A stretch of 64,000 nt of DNA from Iphione sp. A-MEVVRFRX5 (taxonomy: Eukaryota): contig OZ320316.1 in the NCBI GenBank assembly GCA_976226885.1, forward strand, positions 76,632,001 to 76,696,000. Reading direction: 5' to 3'. Below the pieces are notes generated by a model that did no database searches, was not told where the DNA came from, and saw nothing but the letters and a program-made list of their open reading frames with translations. This document shows, one piece after another, positions 1 through 13,487 of this stretch. Numbering within the stretch: the stretch's first letter is position 1; each line of letters starts with the position of its first letter. A program made the translations under genes and the position numbers.

Positions 1-956
1 AACCATTACTGGGTTGGTAGCAGATGAAAGATGTAAATCCGCCCCATTAGGATATAACACTTCTTGTTGCAGGTACATTTTCATTACAGGCTTAAAATCA
101 CTCGGAAAGGCCAGCGGTGAAACACGACAGCCATATTGGATTATAAATATCGGAACACAGCAATCTATTGCATCCAAACAGAGGAGCGGTATCCACTTTT
201 CACTATAGGTGCCATAATTTCGATGACAATCTCATTGTGTAATTTCGATGTAAGGCTTCTCTGTTCACTAAGTGTAGTCCGGTGTCGAAATAACCTCATT
301 TCAAAACGACTACTCAGACCCCCAGAGCGAATTGCAAAATTTCGATCTTGGTCAGATTGAATGCAACCGCGGACTGGCCGACTTCCGAAAACGGGTGTAA
401 CTGGGAGATGACAACCCCCCCCCCCCTATGAACCTGTGATAGGTATCCTGACCTTGAGAACTGACATGACGTTATCTTAGGGGAAACCATTTCAAGACCA
501 GCTCGCCATTTAGGTCGTCTTAGAGGAAGCTATTTTTGTATTCCTAGAGAGAAAAAACGGTATTTTAGAAATATTCGTAGCATGCATACGTGTACACCTT
601 ATATTTACCGCCAATGTACCATACGAGGCTACATAATAAAAGTGTTGTTTTCTTCGTAATATCCTCAGTTACAATGCACTGACAAGTATGGTTTTGGCTC
701 AAACAACGGTATCTGCCGCAGCAGCAATATGATATTTTAATTCTTAAGCTGTCCTAACACGTCGCCACCTAAATTAGGAAACGTCTAAAGTAGGCTGGCT
801 ATCGATCGCCAGAAACCAGGCGAAGATCGATCTAATAATAACAACACCACTCGCAGCTTCGATTGCAGTCGAATCCCAACAAAGTCACGGACCGGCTAAT
901 GAGGGCCGCGGGACGGGCAGCGGGCGGCGGTTAAACACGTGCACCTGGTGAATACA

Positions 957-1099
957 NNNNNNNNNNNNNNNNNNNNNNNNNNNNNNNNNNNNNNNNNNNN
1001 NNNNNNNNNNNNNNNNNNNNNNNNNNNNNNNNNNNNNNNNNNNNNNNNNNNNNNNNNNNNNNNNNNNNNNNNNNNNNNNNNNNNNNNNNNNNNNNNNNN
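957..1099. other. Assembly gap
   Basis: Run of N. Confidence 1.
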
Positions 1100-3579
1100 T
1101 TGAAAATACAACACTTATGCAGACAGGAAGACAGATGCACAGACTGACTGAAAGGTCCGACAGGGGTACGTGGTTTTTTGAACAGGGTGTGTAGTTTGGC
1201 GGCCCCGTTCCTCTTCCTCCTTCCCTGGGGTGGGCTTCTGTTTTTGATTGGGTCTTGCGTCTGGAGTTATTCGTACTAGGCGAGCTCTTTGTCTAACAGG
1301 GGAAGATGGGCGGATTCAATCTCTGCCTCTTGACTTATTGTGAAAAGAAGAGCTAGGAGCTATTGCTGCTGTTCTTCTGCAAGTAGGATCCTTGCTATCA
1401 CGTGTATCTGAATGCCTGCTATCACCCAAAGGACTACGCGTGGACGTATTTACGTGTTTGACACTAGGAGGCTCTTGCAAGATATGAAACTTATGCATGT
1501 TCCCAAACTGTACATGCCAGCTAAGAGAAAACTACCGCCGTTTTGTGCTGTAGTTTACCACAGAGAATACATGGTTTGTTTCGATCGTCGTGCAACCTCA
1601 GATGTGCCAGAATTGAAGCCTTCTTCGGCCTGTCGACACAACCGCGAAGCAAATGCCTACCTATTGTTGTTCAGAATTCCAGTGTGTGACGGCCACCAAT
1701 CTACATGTACATATACCAATTACAACGAGCATCTCTAAGCGGAGAAGAGTTAATGCATCCGTAAGTGACCCTCACCATGTGGTCGGTGGAGACGTCAATG
1801 GGACTGGAGCTGACGTCCAAGAGGTAATATGCGTTGCTGCCACACGCCGAAACGCCTCCTAACGTCGGCAAGGTAATCAGGGCGAGCGCACTTCAACCTC
1901 CGCAGACGCAAACGTCCTGCGATTCTATCGAGAGCTTGGCTGTTCTGTAGACGCCCATTCAAGAGAGGCGTGTAACAAGTGGTGAACAGTCCAGAGAGGT
2001 TAGGAGCAGACCTACAACCGACTCTATCCCTAGCTTTGATTGTTTAATAGAAACGCAATGAAAGTCGCATTGCTCCATAAAAATCGTTGGAGGTAGACGG
2101 GGCGAATTTCGACATGCTTACTCAGCATCGTGTCTTTCACAGTACCCAACGGATAAGAGTAAGTTACCTCGACGTATACCAATACGACAGGAATGGCATG
2201 TGTCACGGCATAAAATAGATATACATGGCCCCCGAGGCATACACACTGTCTTCAATTCTCGACGAGAGTTTCTCGGAATAGTCATGACTAAAGCTTAGCA
2301 GGGGCGTATATCATATAGCATCAGAGGAACTAAAGAGATCTATATAAGCCAAACATACGAATTCTCTCTCATGTGAATAGTGCAGGGACGCATGTCTGAG
2401 TGGTCCGTCACTGTACACTGACAAGAACATCGGAGAGCGGCATTCATTCGTTCAAGGAATCGCACCGCAAGATGGCACCGGGACATTGGAAGCAAACAAT
2501 GCACCTCCTGAGTGTTACAGTTACTAAATGATCTTAAAGACATGCCCCTAGTAGTTTCTTTTATCACAGCCCCCTTCTTAAAAAAATCAATAAGATTTCA
2601 ATCTTTCCGCTTTGAAACTCAAAAGAGCTAGGGTTTCACATAGGTTCAGCTTTCTCATATGGGGTGTTCGTTGTTCTGCTTCTCAAAAATATTCCTCTGT
2701 AAAATAATCTCTACGGAGATAGACAGCTGTAGATGAGTTCATCCTGTGACAACAACAGTTCGGTCCACTATACTGCTGGAAAACATTTCATTTTAAACCA
2801 TACAACCTAGATTTATTGATATTTATTCTAGACCCACGCTGCCCAAAACTAATTGTCACTTTTTAACGTAGGTGATATCATCTCCTTTTATTTTATCTAC
2901 ACATAATGGAGAGCCTGTATCAGGGACATCCCCGGTTCTTCATAAAACGGGCTAAATTGAAATGTGTCCCTATTAGAAACTGTAAATTATATAGAGGATA
3001 TTCCATTGTTCCAAAAAATGTCCTTATCTGAGACACGAAGACATGCTCTTGAGGTGGCTTTTTCCTGTACTAAATGTTTAAATGTAATTCAAATAGTTTC
3101 TTTTGAGAAATATGCTGCGATACAGAATCCCTTCCTCAGAAATTCAGTAAATGAGGGGCGGGGGGGTCAACTATTTTGGTGAAGTGTTATTGAGTGCTCT
3201 GAATTCTTGGTGATCTGCTATTTACCATCTAAATTTTGCGTGAAACACTATTTAAAAATTACTAGCAAAACGCTACCAAAGTATTCATTCTTGGTGAAGC
3301 GTTATTAGCTGTTTTTAAGCATTATGGTGGTTCTGAATTCTTCTGGAAGCGTTATTGTATACCCCATGACTCCCCAGTTAAATGCAGTGTCCTTTACACT
3401 GTATATCCCAAATCTCTACAGGCCACCTCTGCTCCAAATTATTACTGAGACTGTGTCCACAGTACATGGACGATTTCAAATATTGTTGTTAAGATAAAGT
3501 AAGAGGTACCCTTACCCTGAATACAGTTTTCAATCTTTCTATTTGTTAACACCTAGTACATGACCCTCTGTTTCATGAT

Positions 3580-3717
3580 ATTTTGTCTGGTTAATGAAAA
3601 ATATCCGGATAACTTAAACATTAAATAACAGAAAAATTAACATTTGTTTCCTAAAATGTTTCCTGGATAACGCAGTATTCCAGTTAATGGGTCTCCGGAT
3701 ACCGAGGTTCGACTGTA
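3580..3717. mobile_element. One end of a Tc1/mariner-type MITE
   Basis: Ends in GAGGTTCGACTG-TA (reverse of TA-CAGTCGAACCTC) with internal (C)GGATAA sub-repeats. The partner TIR was not found. Confidence 0.4.
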
Positions 3718-4598
3718 CATGTATATCACACTGATAGTATATCACACTACAGCACCACTCCCTGGATGCAGCCTAGCTTCTCTTAGTGCTGTATGTGGTA
3801 TTATGTGGCAGGCATAGAAGCATATTCATCTACTGCAACACGAACCGTGGTGATTTCATGATATATCAATCTATCCTTTGTCCTTTGTTCCCATTCTCCT
3901 CATAAGTGAGCACTGCAGTAAACGATCAGTGCATTCATCTGCTTGTAAGTAGAGACTCATTAATATACTCTTGTATGCTCAGTGAGGCCATGCTGTCTAT
4001 GGTAGGAATTGCGTATGTTAGGTAACAATTTAACTAGTATTTACCATGTCTCCATAGTATAGCACACGCCAGACAGCCAGCAGCAAACAGTATATCTGAA
4101 GGCAAGTGTACATCGTTTGATGCAACCTAGGAGCTGCAATTTTAGTTCCGGAGGACGAAAGCATAAAAAGCGACGACCACTGGCGAACAATTTCATTTTG
4201 ATCGTGCGATATAAACCAATCGATGAATCATCTATTAACTATAGTGTTGGTAAATGCACTTACTGACGAGCAAAAACGCACGCTACTAGATGAGCATCAA
4301 CGCCATCTAATCTATAAAAATCTCAATGGAATGCATCGTAATGATTAAAACGTATGAATGTTAAAAAAAAGCATCAAACCTTCCAGTCTTGCCGACAGCG
4401 CCAGGTATTTCAGCGACACACTTTAACTGAACTGCTCTGAGCAAATCCCACACGGCTAGAGTTGCAGAATGGGTCGTATTGATTTACGGGGAATCAATAT
4501 GTCGGGAATGGGGCGGAGTGGGCGATCACCTTCTGGGGCATGGTATGATAATGACACGAACTGCTGGCTACCGGACAAGCCCTCTGTTCATCCCATAT

Positions 4599-4726
4599 NN
4601 NNNNNNNNNNNNNNNNNNNNNNNNNNNNNNNNNNNNNNNNNNNNNNNNNNNNNNNNNNNNNNNNNNNNNNNNNNNNNNNNNNNNNNNNNNNNNNNNNNNN
4701 NNNNNNNNNNNNNNNNNNNNNNNNNN
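4599..4726. other. Assembly gap
   Basis: Run of N. Confidence 1.
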
Positions 4727-5324
4727 GGTATAGACGGAGCTATCTCTCTCTCTCTCTCTATCTCTGCTTAATTCGATTACTCGCCGAATATGTGGCAAGT
4801 TTCTTGACATGGGTCCCCGGATTACTGCTGGAGAGTAGGTCTCCCGAGCTGAGATAATGGAGTTATTTATTGTGACGCCGAGGCCGTGCGATTCTGTACT
4901 CAAATATAGAGGGTGTCGAGTAGGGAACGTATTGCTCCGTCCTCCCTGATATAACGAGCATCAAAAGTACATTCTTCTCACATTTCTTCGATTTGAATTG
5001 ACCTTTTTTAATGCGGTTGTGGACACAAATATGTTTACCTGCTGTACATCTATAAGCGGATGTGAAAAATCTCTTAAGATACTGACAATATCATGAAAAC
5101 GATGAAGTTAAGTTTCCAAGCAACGCACAACATGTATTGGCAAATGTACCTGACAGTGAAGCGCAGGTAAGGTGAAGGTTACCACTGTTGGTTGTTCAAA
5201 CATTGTCTGCCTCGGAAAGTTATGCAATTTTATAGTTAAAAGACCGCCCACTCTCCATTTAGTACCCTGAGAGCAATGTGACTATTACAAACACCCATGC
5301 TAAAGCATTTAGTCAATCAATTCC

Positions 5325-5469
5325 CAGAAACCTATTGGGAATAAGAGTATTCTGGTCTCTCAATTCTCAATAATAGATGGTAGTATGCTACCCCAGGAGG
5401 ATATGGAAGAGGCCTGTGATATGATAGGTGAATCTCTAGTTCCTTGTAAAAGATGCAATGAAATGAAAT
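5325..5469 (+). mobile_element. 5'-truncated copy of the same SINE
   Basis: Shares CAGAAACCTATT...TTCTCAATAATAGATGGTAGTATGCTACCCCAGGAGGATATGGAAGAG...AATGAAATGAAAT with the reverse complement of about 13488-13660. Confidence 0.8.
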
Positions 5470-6265
5470 TATGTTGTCCATAACCATTATACCTATGAGT
5501 GTAAGCAGTTTTGTAGCATCTAGTTATACAGTTCGAGTTACACGTTTGGTCTCTTAGTAGACTAAAATGTACGAAACAATCATGTACAACTAGCAGTCTA
5601 GTCCAATGCAGGCTCTTCTTGTACGATACCCATCGAGTTTGTATTGGAAACGATCATTGGAAACATAGATGACACAACTGACGAGGTAGAATGGCTGGGG
5701 TTAGTCAATAAAGAATGCATGGAGGTAAAAGAATTACACAAAAATGCAAGCAGCTGTACTGCAAATTATTAATAATACAATACATCTATAGGTCCAGAGT
5801 TTGAAAACTGCTCTCAGAAGTTCTGCTTTTAACAAGGGGCACTCCATGACGTCCAGACTCCGAGCGAAATTTCAAAGTTTTCATTGCATTCTCCAGCACA
5901 TTCATCTTCTCAAGTCAAATTTCTTGGCACTTCTAACCTCAACCCTCTGGTCAAATGAGGCTGGTGGTAGACAGTATCCCGATGTCTAGGCGTACATGAG
6001 AATATCAAATAATCTCGTCTTCCGTTTGGAGTTGTCCTTAAGGGGCGCGCGCCTGCTTCGCTGGTGAAAGCATGAAGTCATGAATTAGGCACAACTGCCT
6101 GCGGCCGCGGTAAGAGATGGATTACCACCATATCCACCCTGGCTGGACTATGCCCGAACAACGGTGCTTGTTTCAAGGAAGCCTTCGATACTGGCTATTT
6201 GAAACGGAAATATTTTCCTCGGAACATTGTGTATCTGTATCAGCAAACTAAAATATTTTGTTATA

Positions 6266-6979
6266 CAGTGGAGTCTCTATTACCAACCGCATCGATTACC
6301 GACCAAATTTGTTATTGTGACCATTTGAGCTTGGAATGGTAATTCTGTCTATATACATAATCAATATGAGAGGTGATCGATTGCTGACTGAATTGATTTG
6401 CGACTGTTTTCATCCTATGACCAAGCATCTAAAGGTCTTTTTCGGTATATTTTAGTAGTGATTTCCGACCATGTATGTATATGTATTCAGGTACGCTTCC
6501 AGTGGTTTATGAAAAATACACTGAGTTCAACCCATATAATTGTTATTCTTTTAAGTTTTTTGTTTGTATGTGGAGGTACAATACATTGTCTGAGGCATTG
6601 GTAAAGGTGAGAGAGGGACCACTACTCCCTAACAGAGCATTTGGAGGGTTATTCATTGTCTCAGGTGTTGATAAAGGTGTTTTGAGGGGTATTCATTGTC
6701 TCCAAGGTGTTAGCATGACCCAAATTCACCACTTTTAGCACTTTTACCTCTCAAATTGAGCACTTATAGCACTTTTACTCGTCGAATTCACCACTTTTAC
6801 TTGTCAAATCCAGCACTTTTTGGACTCTTACTAAGTTACTTGTAAAATTCACAATGTAGTATGTAGTAACATGCAGTAATAGTACACATGTAGTAATGGT
6901 AATTGATTTGTGACCAAATTTGCTATTGCGACCATTTGAACTCGAACCCGACCTCTGGTAGGAAATAGAGACTCCACTG
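6266..6979. mobile_element. Tc1/mariner(pogo)-type MITE
   Basis: Perfect 16-bp TIRs CAGTGGAGTCTCTATT / AATAGAGACTCCACTG flanked by TA on both sides; no coding capacity. Second copy at about 46375-46910. Confidence 0.9.
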
Positions 6980-9900
6980 TAACAAGAACGGTACTGACAC
7001 ATTTTTGGAGGGTGGGTGGGGATGAGAGATTTTTATATTTATGTCAAATAATACGTAGCATATTTTTTTGAACGAAATGGATAAAATACTATTTTATTAA
7101 ACGAAATCCAAGCTTTTCATATTTATTTCAACTGGAGCTTAACTGCCTTCACCTGAAGCCAATTCCCGTGATGTGTGTGGTGAGATCTGACATTCAGATG
7201 AATAAAATGTTAATTCTAGATTTGCAGCCTAGAACCATGCCACAATTACATTACGCGGGGCTCGCCTGACGATACTAAGTTTTTCTTCCCATCGTACCTT
7301 TTCCTATCCATATTTAATATCCTTCTTCAGGACGTGAGACACCATCAATGTAGACAAGCTATCCTAAGGTCACATCATTTATCATACACATAAGTATGTA
7401 CTTTAAACGGACTAAGAAGTACTTCTACCAATGTTCTTTGGCTTTATTTTAGGTGCTGACCTTTTTTTGTACACAGCACAGAAATCGCGGCATTTTACGA
7501 GACTTACTCTTCTGTTTTTGTTGTCAGCTTTATCTATAAAAAGACCCGAGTCCGCGTTGACATTAGACTGTAGTATGAGTAATAAGTACCTACACACTTC
7601 CACTGCGCCATGTGTTCCCCACTGAAGGGAGAGTGAGGTGGGTAGCCAGGCGCTCTAGGTCGCTTTTTACCATGCTTTTTGTGGTACTGATACAAGCCCG
7701 TAAGCCTGGGTGTTGTGTCCTCCTATGCTTGTGTTTTGTGTTGGTTTGACTCTGTCCACTCCAACACATAGGTGGATATGGGGAAAAATGAACCAACTAC
7801 AATCACTGCTTCCCCTCCGCCGTAGGCAACTGGCCGTGTGCCTCGATCGTGTGGCAAAAGTCAGAATCCCTAACCGGGGGTCGTCACTTTCGCTGGGACT
7901 CAACGTTTTCCATGTAAAATGCGGTCATGTATTCATTTTAGAAACTGGACCACCTGAAAGGGAGGAGACTATTCCAGTGCAGGCAGTGATTTCTAGCTGA
8001 CTATGCTTTACTCTATCACGTTTATATTTAGACGTTTTGCATTTATGTACCAGTATGGTGTTAGTTCCTTTGTCATCAGCAGTATGTCATAGCATAAGTC
8101 ATCTGACCCCAAAAATATATGCCGTAACAGAGAGAAAGTGACCAAAAGATATCTAGCATCTAGAAAATAAGCCTGTTTAATGAGTTTCCTGTCCCAAAAC
8201 GAGGGATACAACGGATTCTAGCCCACATTCTAAGGCTTGAACCTCGGTAACTTAGTAGTTGTCATGTTCCCCACACTAGCAGTTTTATCTTCTTGACAAG
8301 TACAGTGGGAGCTGCGGGCGAATACTCCTAGACTTTGACTGCAAGGCAATACGTTAAGGCCAATCTAGCCAGAAGGGATAGTGGTGTCAAATAAGCCCGT
8401 TAAAATCCTTGCACGAGGCACTTACCACCTTTCAGATGCAAGAGGCTTAGACTTCGTCATTTTGAATACTGAAAACCTTGTCCGTAGTTTGACTATACCA
8501 TGTACATGTATGCGGTATTCTTACGAAGTACCTGAATTATTCCTCTTTGATGTCAGCTTGTATTGGCAGTACAGTGGCGAAAAAGCACGCATATGGAGTC
8601 TTGAACGCGAGCCAACGTAGAAAATAAACATCACAAGAGACATTTGATGGTGAACACAGATAGGGGCTTGCACTGCGGGAAGTACATTCTTTCACAACTA
8701 TAATGACGGCATGTGACTACTGTGAAGGGTATCTAACTAGCGACGTTAAAACGGAAATTAGCTGCAGTTTCTCAGAGCCAGGATTACGTTGTATTTGTCG
8801 CAAACTATCAAAAAGTGCACATTTATTAGGAGCAAAAAAGTTGCAATGTTGGATCTGGTCTTATTTCTGAAGGATCGGATATCAAAACGTTGATTGGCAT
8901 TTTAATCAGTTCTCAGATTAAAGGATTTTAGAGGGCGAGGCTTTCACTGTGAAGGTTGCTTTTCTGAACATATTAAAAATGGCAAATTTCCTCTCCTTAA
9001 ACCGGCCACGACTGTCAGGCGCTGTCTACACGGAGGCCGCAGTAAGGTGAGACTAGGCTGAGGGAAATGGACGGGTACGGTTATAAATCAGTAACGGAGG
9101 GGCGTGTTGATGACAGCATATGAAAACGTGAATTACTGTGTATTGTAAGAGCATGGCGTTTCCTGTCGCTAGTACGCCTTGCAGAATTTTACTCTAGAAA
9201 TGTTATATTTCTGTAAGGCTTAAGAAAAGGTTCTTTGTTTCCAGTAGCAAGCTGAATATCTAGAGGGTCACTAGGTCGGTGGTATATTTTTTACTTTTAA
9301 AAAAATGTTAATTCATATCCAAAGATGGAAATATATATGGTAACATATTGGACGAAACTTATATTAAATAAAAAATAACAATGTAAGCAACACAATGGTG
9401 TATTGCATATGTCTCTATCATTATTCATTCCAAAGATAAAAATATTAACAAAAACATAATAAAACAAAGTGTTCCAGTGGGGCAAAAAGCAGGGTCAGTC
9501 GGGTTACCCGATACACAGATGTGCTTTGTTTAGGCATAAATAATGTGATAGTGGTTTTATTTGACAAAAGGGTTGGTATAAGAAGGATTTTAAAAATGTA
9601 CAAGATCGAAGATATGTATATCTAATCCAGACATCTGGAGTAATATTTCCCATGCCTATAGTGATGTTTTTTCCCAAAAAAAACATCTCCATCGAGATGT
9701 ACTGTCTACGAGCTTACTTGTAATGTCTCGTGGAGCATTTGCCCCATGCCTTTTATCAAGTGTGCCTGCAGAGATGTACTGTGTGCTTGCAATGCGCACC
9801 CAAATGTCACTCACGTTCGTGTATCAGCTGCGTCTGGATCCGCATTCACAGATAGCCAAGCTTCCGCTGGTGGTCTATGCGCCCCCCCCTCCCCCCACCA

Positions 9901-10633
9901 CCACCCTCAAGGGCAACCTGCTGACGTACACGCACATACATACACTCAAAACACGCAGTGAGACATAAAGATACGCGCACACGCTCGTGCATTTAGTAGC
10001 TTGCTCTATTTCAATTTCCAGTCAGCTTCAAGACAAACTTGATATAATTCACACTAGAAATTGAACAATTACAACATGGTGAACCAAGGGCAATAAGGTA
10101 GACCCCAAATTCCAGAGACTTGATTCCATCACGCTGTACTAGATAAAGGGCGCATAACATATGGTCTTCCAAAGGTCACCAAAGAAGTACTAGCTGTGTG
10201 ATATATTTGCTACCCACGGGCAAACTGAGAGGGCAGAGAATGACTAGAAAGGTAGAAATGGTGAAGGGCAGTGAGTAGGTGATGAGGAGATGTCACAACG
10301 GGGGAGGGGGCAAGAGGCTAAAGGTTTGGGCCAGACGGCCACGCTTGAGATCTGGGCCACCTAACTAGATTACCAGACCAATATCTATACAAATACGCTG
10401 AACCGATACCACACTTACATCTGTCTGGATGTCGGTGAACATATATAATAACGAGGAGAAGCAATTCCGAAGCCACTTTCATGGCTGATCATTCTGGGGT
10501 TTTTATTCTTTCTCCTAACAACTCTTGATGATGGATACCGCTTTGAAAAGTGCTGGATGTAGTGTAATCATTTATACCGTAGTAGTATATTGAAAACACT
10601 CTCTAAAGTAGTAAAACAAGTCTCGCTGGAAAG

Positions 10634-10863
10634 TGTAACACAAAAGGACGGATTCAACCCAGGTTCTTAGGTATTCTGCTTTATTCTTCTTAGAAGCACA
10701 TGGTAGTACAGGTACTCTGTGTGGTGGTCAGCTTCCTTCTGGCCAAGGGGCCTTTGTTCTCTGCCCCTGCTCTGTCTCCGGTGTTCTGCGCACACTACCT
10801 CGCTGGAGGCGTTCATTTATACTGACCGGGAGTGACGCTAGTCACGCCACCTTAAGGTTTACA
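10634..10863 (-). mobile_element. Possible solo LTR or LTR fragment
   Basis: The minus strand reads TGTAAAC...TATAAA...AATAAA...GTGTTACA, i.e. TG..CA ends with a TATA box then a poly(A) signal. No convincing target-site duplication, so the boundary is uncertain. Confidence 0.35.
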
Positions 10864-11233
10864 TTTCTGGGGGCGTATCCCGCTAGTTGTGGTTGACTAT
10901 GTTTTCATTGTTATCGGGCCGTATGCCTCCCGATCAGTTTCAGTGATACCCCTCGTCAGGTTCCACCCATTATGTACCTTTGCGCTAAATGTTAATATAT
11001 GTAAATGAGTACACGCTACGAAAAGATATGTAAATGTAATGGAAGGGCATTGTCTATCACGTACCTTTTGTACCTGATACTAATGTACGTAAATACATAT
11101 GCTACATGCTAAACAGAAGGTAAGTAATAAACAAAAGGTACATATAGACTTCATAAAACACACACTGTGTTACAAAAGTGTGGCCATGGCCATGTACGAT
11201 ACCACTTTTGATGTGTGTCTGAATGTGCAGGAC

Positions 11234-11246
11234 TGTGTGTGCGTGC

Positions 11247-11284
<38 letters not shown>
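11234..11284. repeat. (GT)n/(GCGT)n microsatellite
   Basis: Direct inspection. Confidence 0.95.
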
Positions 11285-11286
<2 letters not shown>

Positions 11287-13487
11287 AGGAGCTCAATATA
11301 TGCCAAGGGAGGATGCACCGCTGTTCAGGTCGGACCGATATTGCCCCTTAAGGAGTATGGATTTGACAGGCCAGGTAACAAAAATATTTCACTACTACAC
11401 GCCGAACTCAGTCGGTAGTTTCATTCCGATGATTACTGTTGACAGATACCACAGGAAGGAGACTCATCCCTTCTACTTCATAGGATCCAATGAAAAATCC
11501 CCGAACCGTCTGGCCGTATTGCTTGAAATAAAAGATAGGGGCAGGAAGGACCCATTCCACGGTCTGCCTATGAAACAAATAATCAGGAATTATGTAACAA
11601 TTAACGCAAATCGTTATTAGTATACACACCATATTTCGTGGCTATTTTCTTTGGTGCTAACCCTAAATATATAAATGTATATCGAGCGTACACACACAAC
11701 TACTGCAGCAAGATCATAACTAATTCTGGGGAAATACGCAGAGACAGGAAAGGACAGGGAGACAGCGAAGCACAGAGAGAGAAAGCATGAGAGACAGGAA
11801 GAGGAAGGCGAGTGGTTCTTATGGCAGGGGGATGGGATCGAGAAAGATGGGCTGCAGATAAGGCAACATTTCTCTGACGCTGGTTCTAGGTGTTCTCGGT
11901 GAAAGTGAACATGGTACCTTCGCTCGCCAGGAGGTGTGCATAATACAAAAAGGAGTACTGCAGCTGGATAGAGTTCATCTGTGAGCAATAGGTGCGACTG
12001 CACTGCCTGCCTTTGACAAACCTGTGTGCAGCTCGAAGGAAGGGCGGTGTCAGCACTGAATAACCTTCGTCCTGACACTGCGTGAATGTAAGGTCCACTC
12101 GTCTCTCGTCTCCCAAAATGCACCCTGACTGCCTCAGTCCGTTCCTCCGAGACTTCTTAGAGATAGCTGGATGATACGATCGTTGCGATGGGGCCTCTTT
12201 TCGCTGGCCGCATCGACGGCCGGTGGAGGGGTGCTTTCTGCGGCATACCCACAAGGCATTGGTTGCGGGAGTCGGCTGCAGCGCCAGAAAAGTCTGGCCC
12301 ACCCAGCCTTCAGCCGTACACGGAGTAACAAAGACAGAGGGCACGAGGCGAGATGAGATGCGGGAGTGGCACAGGGGAGAGCATGAGATAGACGGACAGA
12401 AAGACAGACAGATAGACTGACGGACAGAGTCAGGCAGATTGACAGACACAGACAGAGCACTGAGGAACAGGTGGGAGTGTTGGAAAGCTGGGGGAGAGAT
12501 TGGAAGATTACATGCAGGAGGAGAGCGGCGGGAAGTGGACGGAGGGCCGGGTATGGAACCAGCTCTAGGCTGATGGCCTGATCAATACTGCGTACAGTCA
12601 TGTATAGTCATGACAGCGGAGAACGCCGCAAGCCACCTACATCCAACCTGCACTCCTTTACCGAGTCTTTGCCTCCTCCAGTCTCCCCAGCCAACAATCA
12701 CCAACAACACTGGACCACACACCTGCCAGAGCTAATCGAGGCTTTTGGGGGTGGGTTCATTATTTACGATTCGGCTCCAGTGACCGCAACACTGGACCAT
12801 GACGGGACACCTACCTTTCGGATGATGTAAACAGGTCTCCTCCTCATGGCACTGAGCGGTGCGTGTGTTAATCACACTAAGACAGCCATACCAGGGATCG
12901 TAAACATTCAAGAGAGAGAAGCAATGATGAATACGTGTATGATCCTGGATGCCAGCACTGGGTTGGAGCGGTCAAGGCCGTGACCCCCACCGCTAATATC
13001 ATTACCCATAGGCAGGCGGCGCGTGTCGCTGGGGTAGGGACCATTCCGGCAGTTGTAAGTACCAAGCATTCGTTGAAGTAACCCAGCCACGTAGGATAGA
13101 CGCAATCTTTACTCCGAGGCGGTGTCTGTGTGTGGAATTCTCCTGAGGAGTACTCAGCAGCATATCCACAGGTTTCTGGTCGGTCTAGCCCTGATCGCGC
13201 CCTTCCAGGGACCACTGCTGAAGGATCAATTCTGCCCGGGGGGATGACTTAATGATGGCAGTGGTGGAGGAGTGAAGGGGTGGAGGATGGGAATCAGTTA
13301 TACTCAGCTAGTTGTTCTTGTTTAATCCGTCCTCTGTGTGAATGTCTTCCCTGCTTTTGCTTATTTCTACTAGTAGAGTGACATCAAATAAGGCTAAGCA
13401 TCCTTGATTGCAGCTCGAGGAAAGAGCAGGGCAAAACGAAAAGATAGAAAAAAAAAAGAAATAGGTGACTAGAATACAATCGATCTA

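Noticed and set aside
2144-2172. Resemblance to large-subunit rRNA (CAACGGATAA...GTTACC)
   Set aside because: Only about 10 matching bases and the flanks do not follow rRNA. Treated as chance.
4469-4903. ORFs spanning N runs (also 896-1140 and 26794-27231)
   Set aside because: They are open only because N codons lack stops.
11099-11620. 173-aa plus-strand ORF
   Set aside because: It runs through a (GT)n microsatellite and the remainder has no recognisable homology or splice support.
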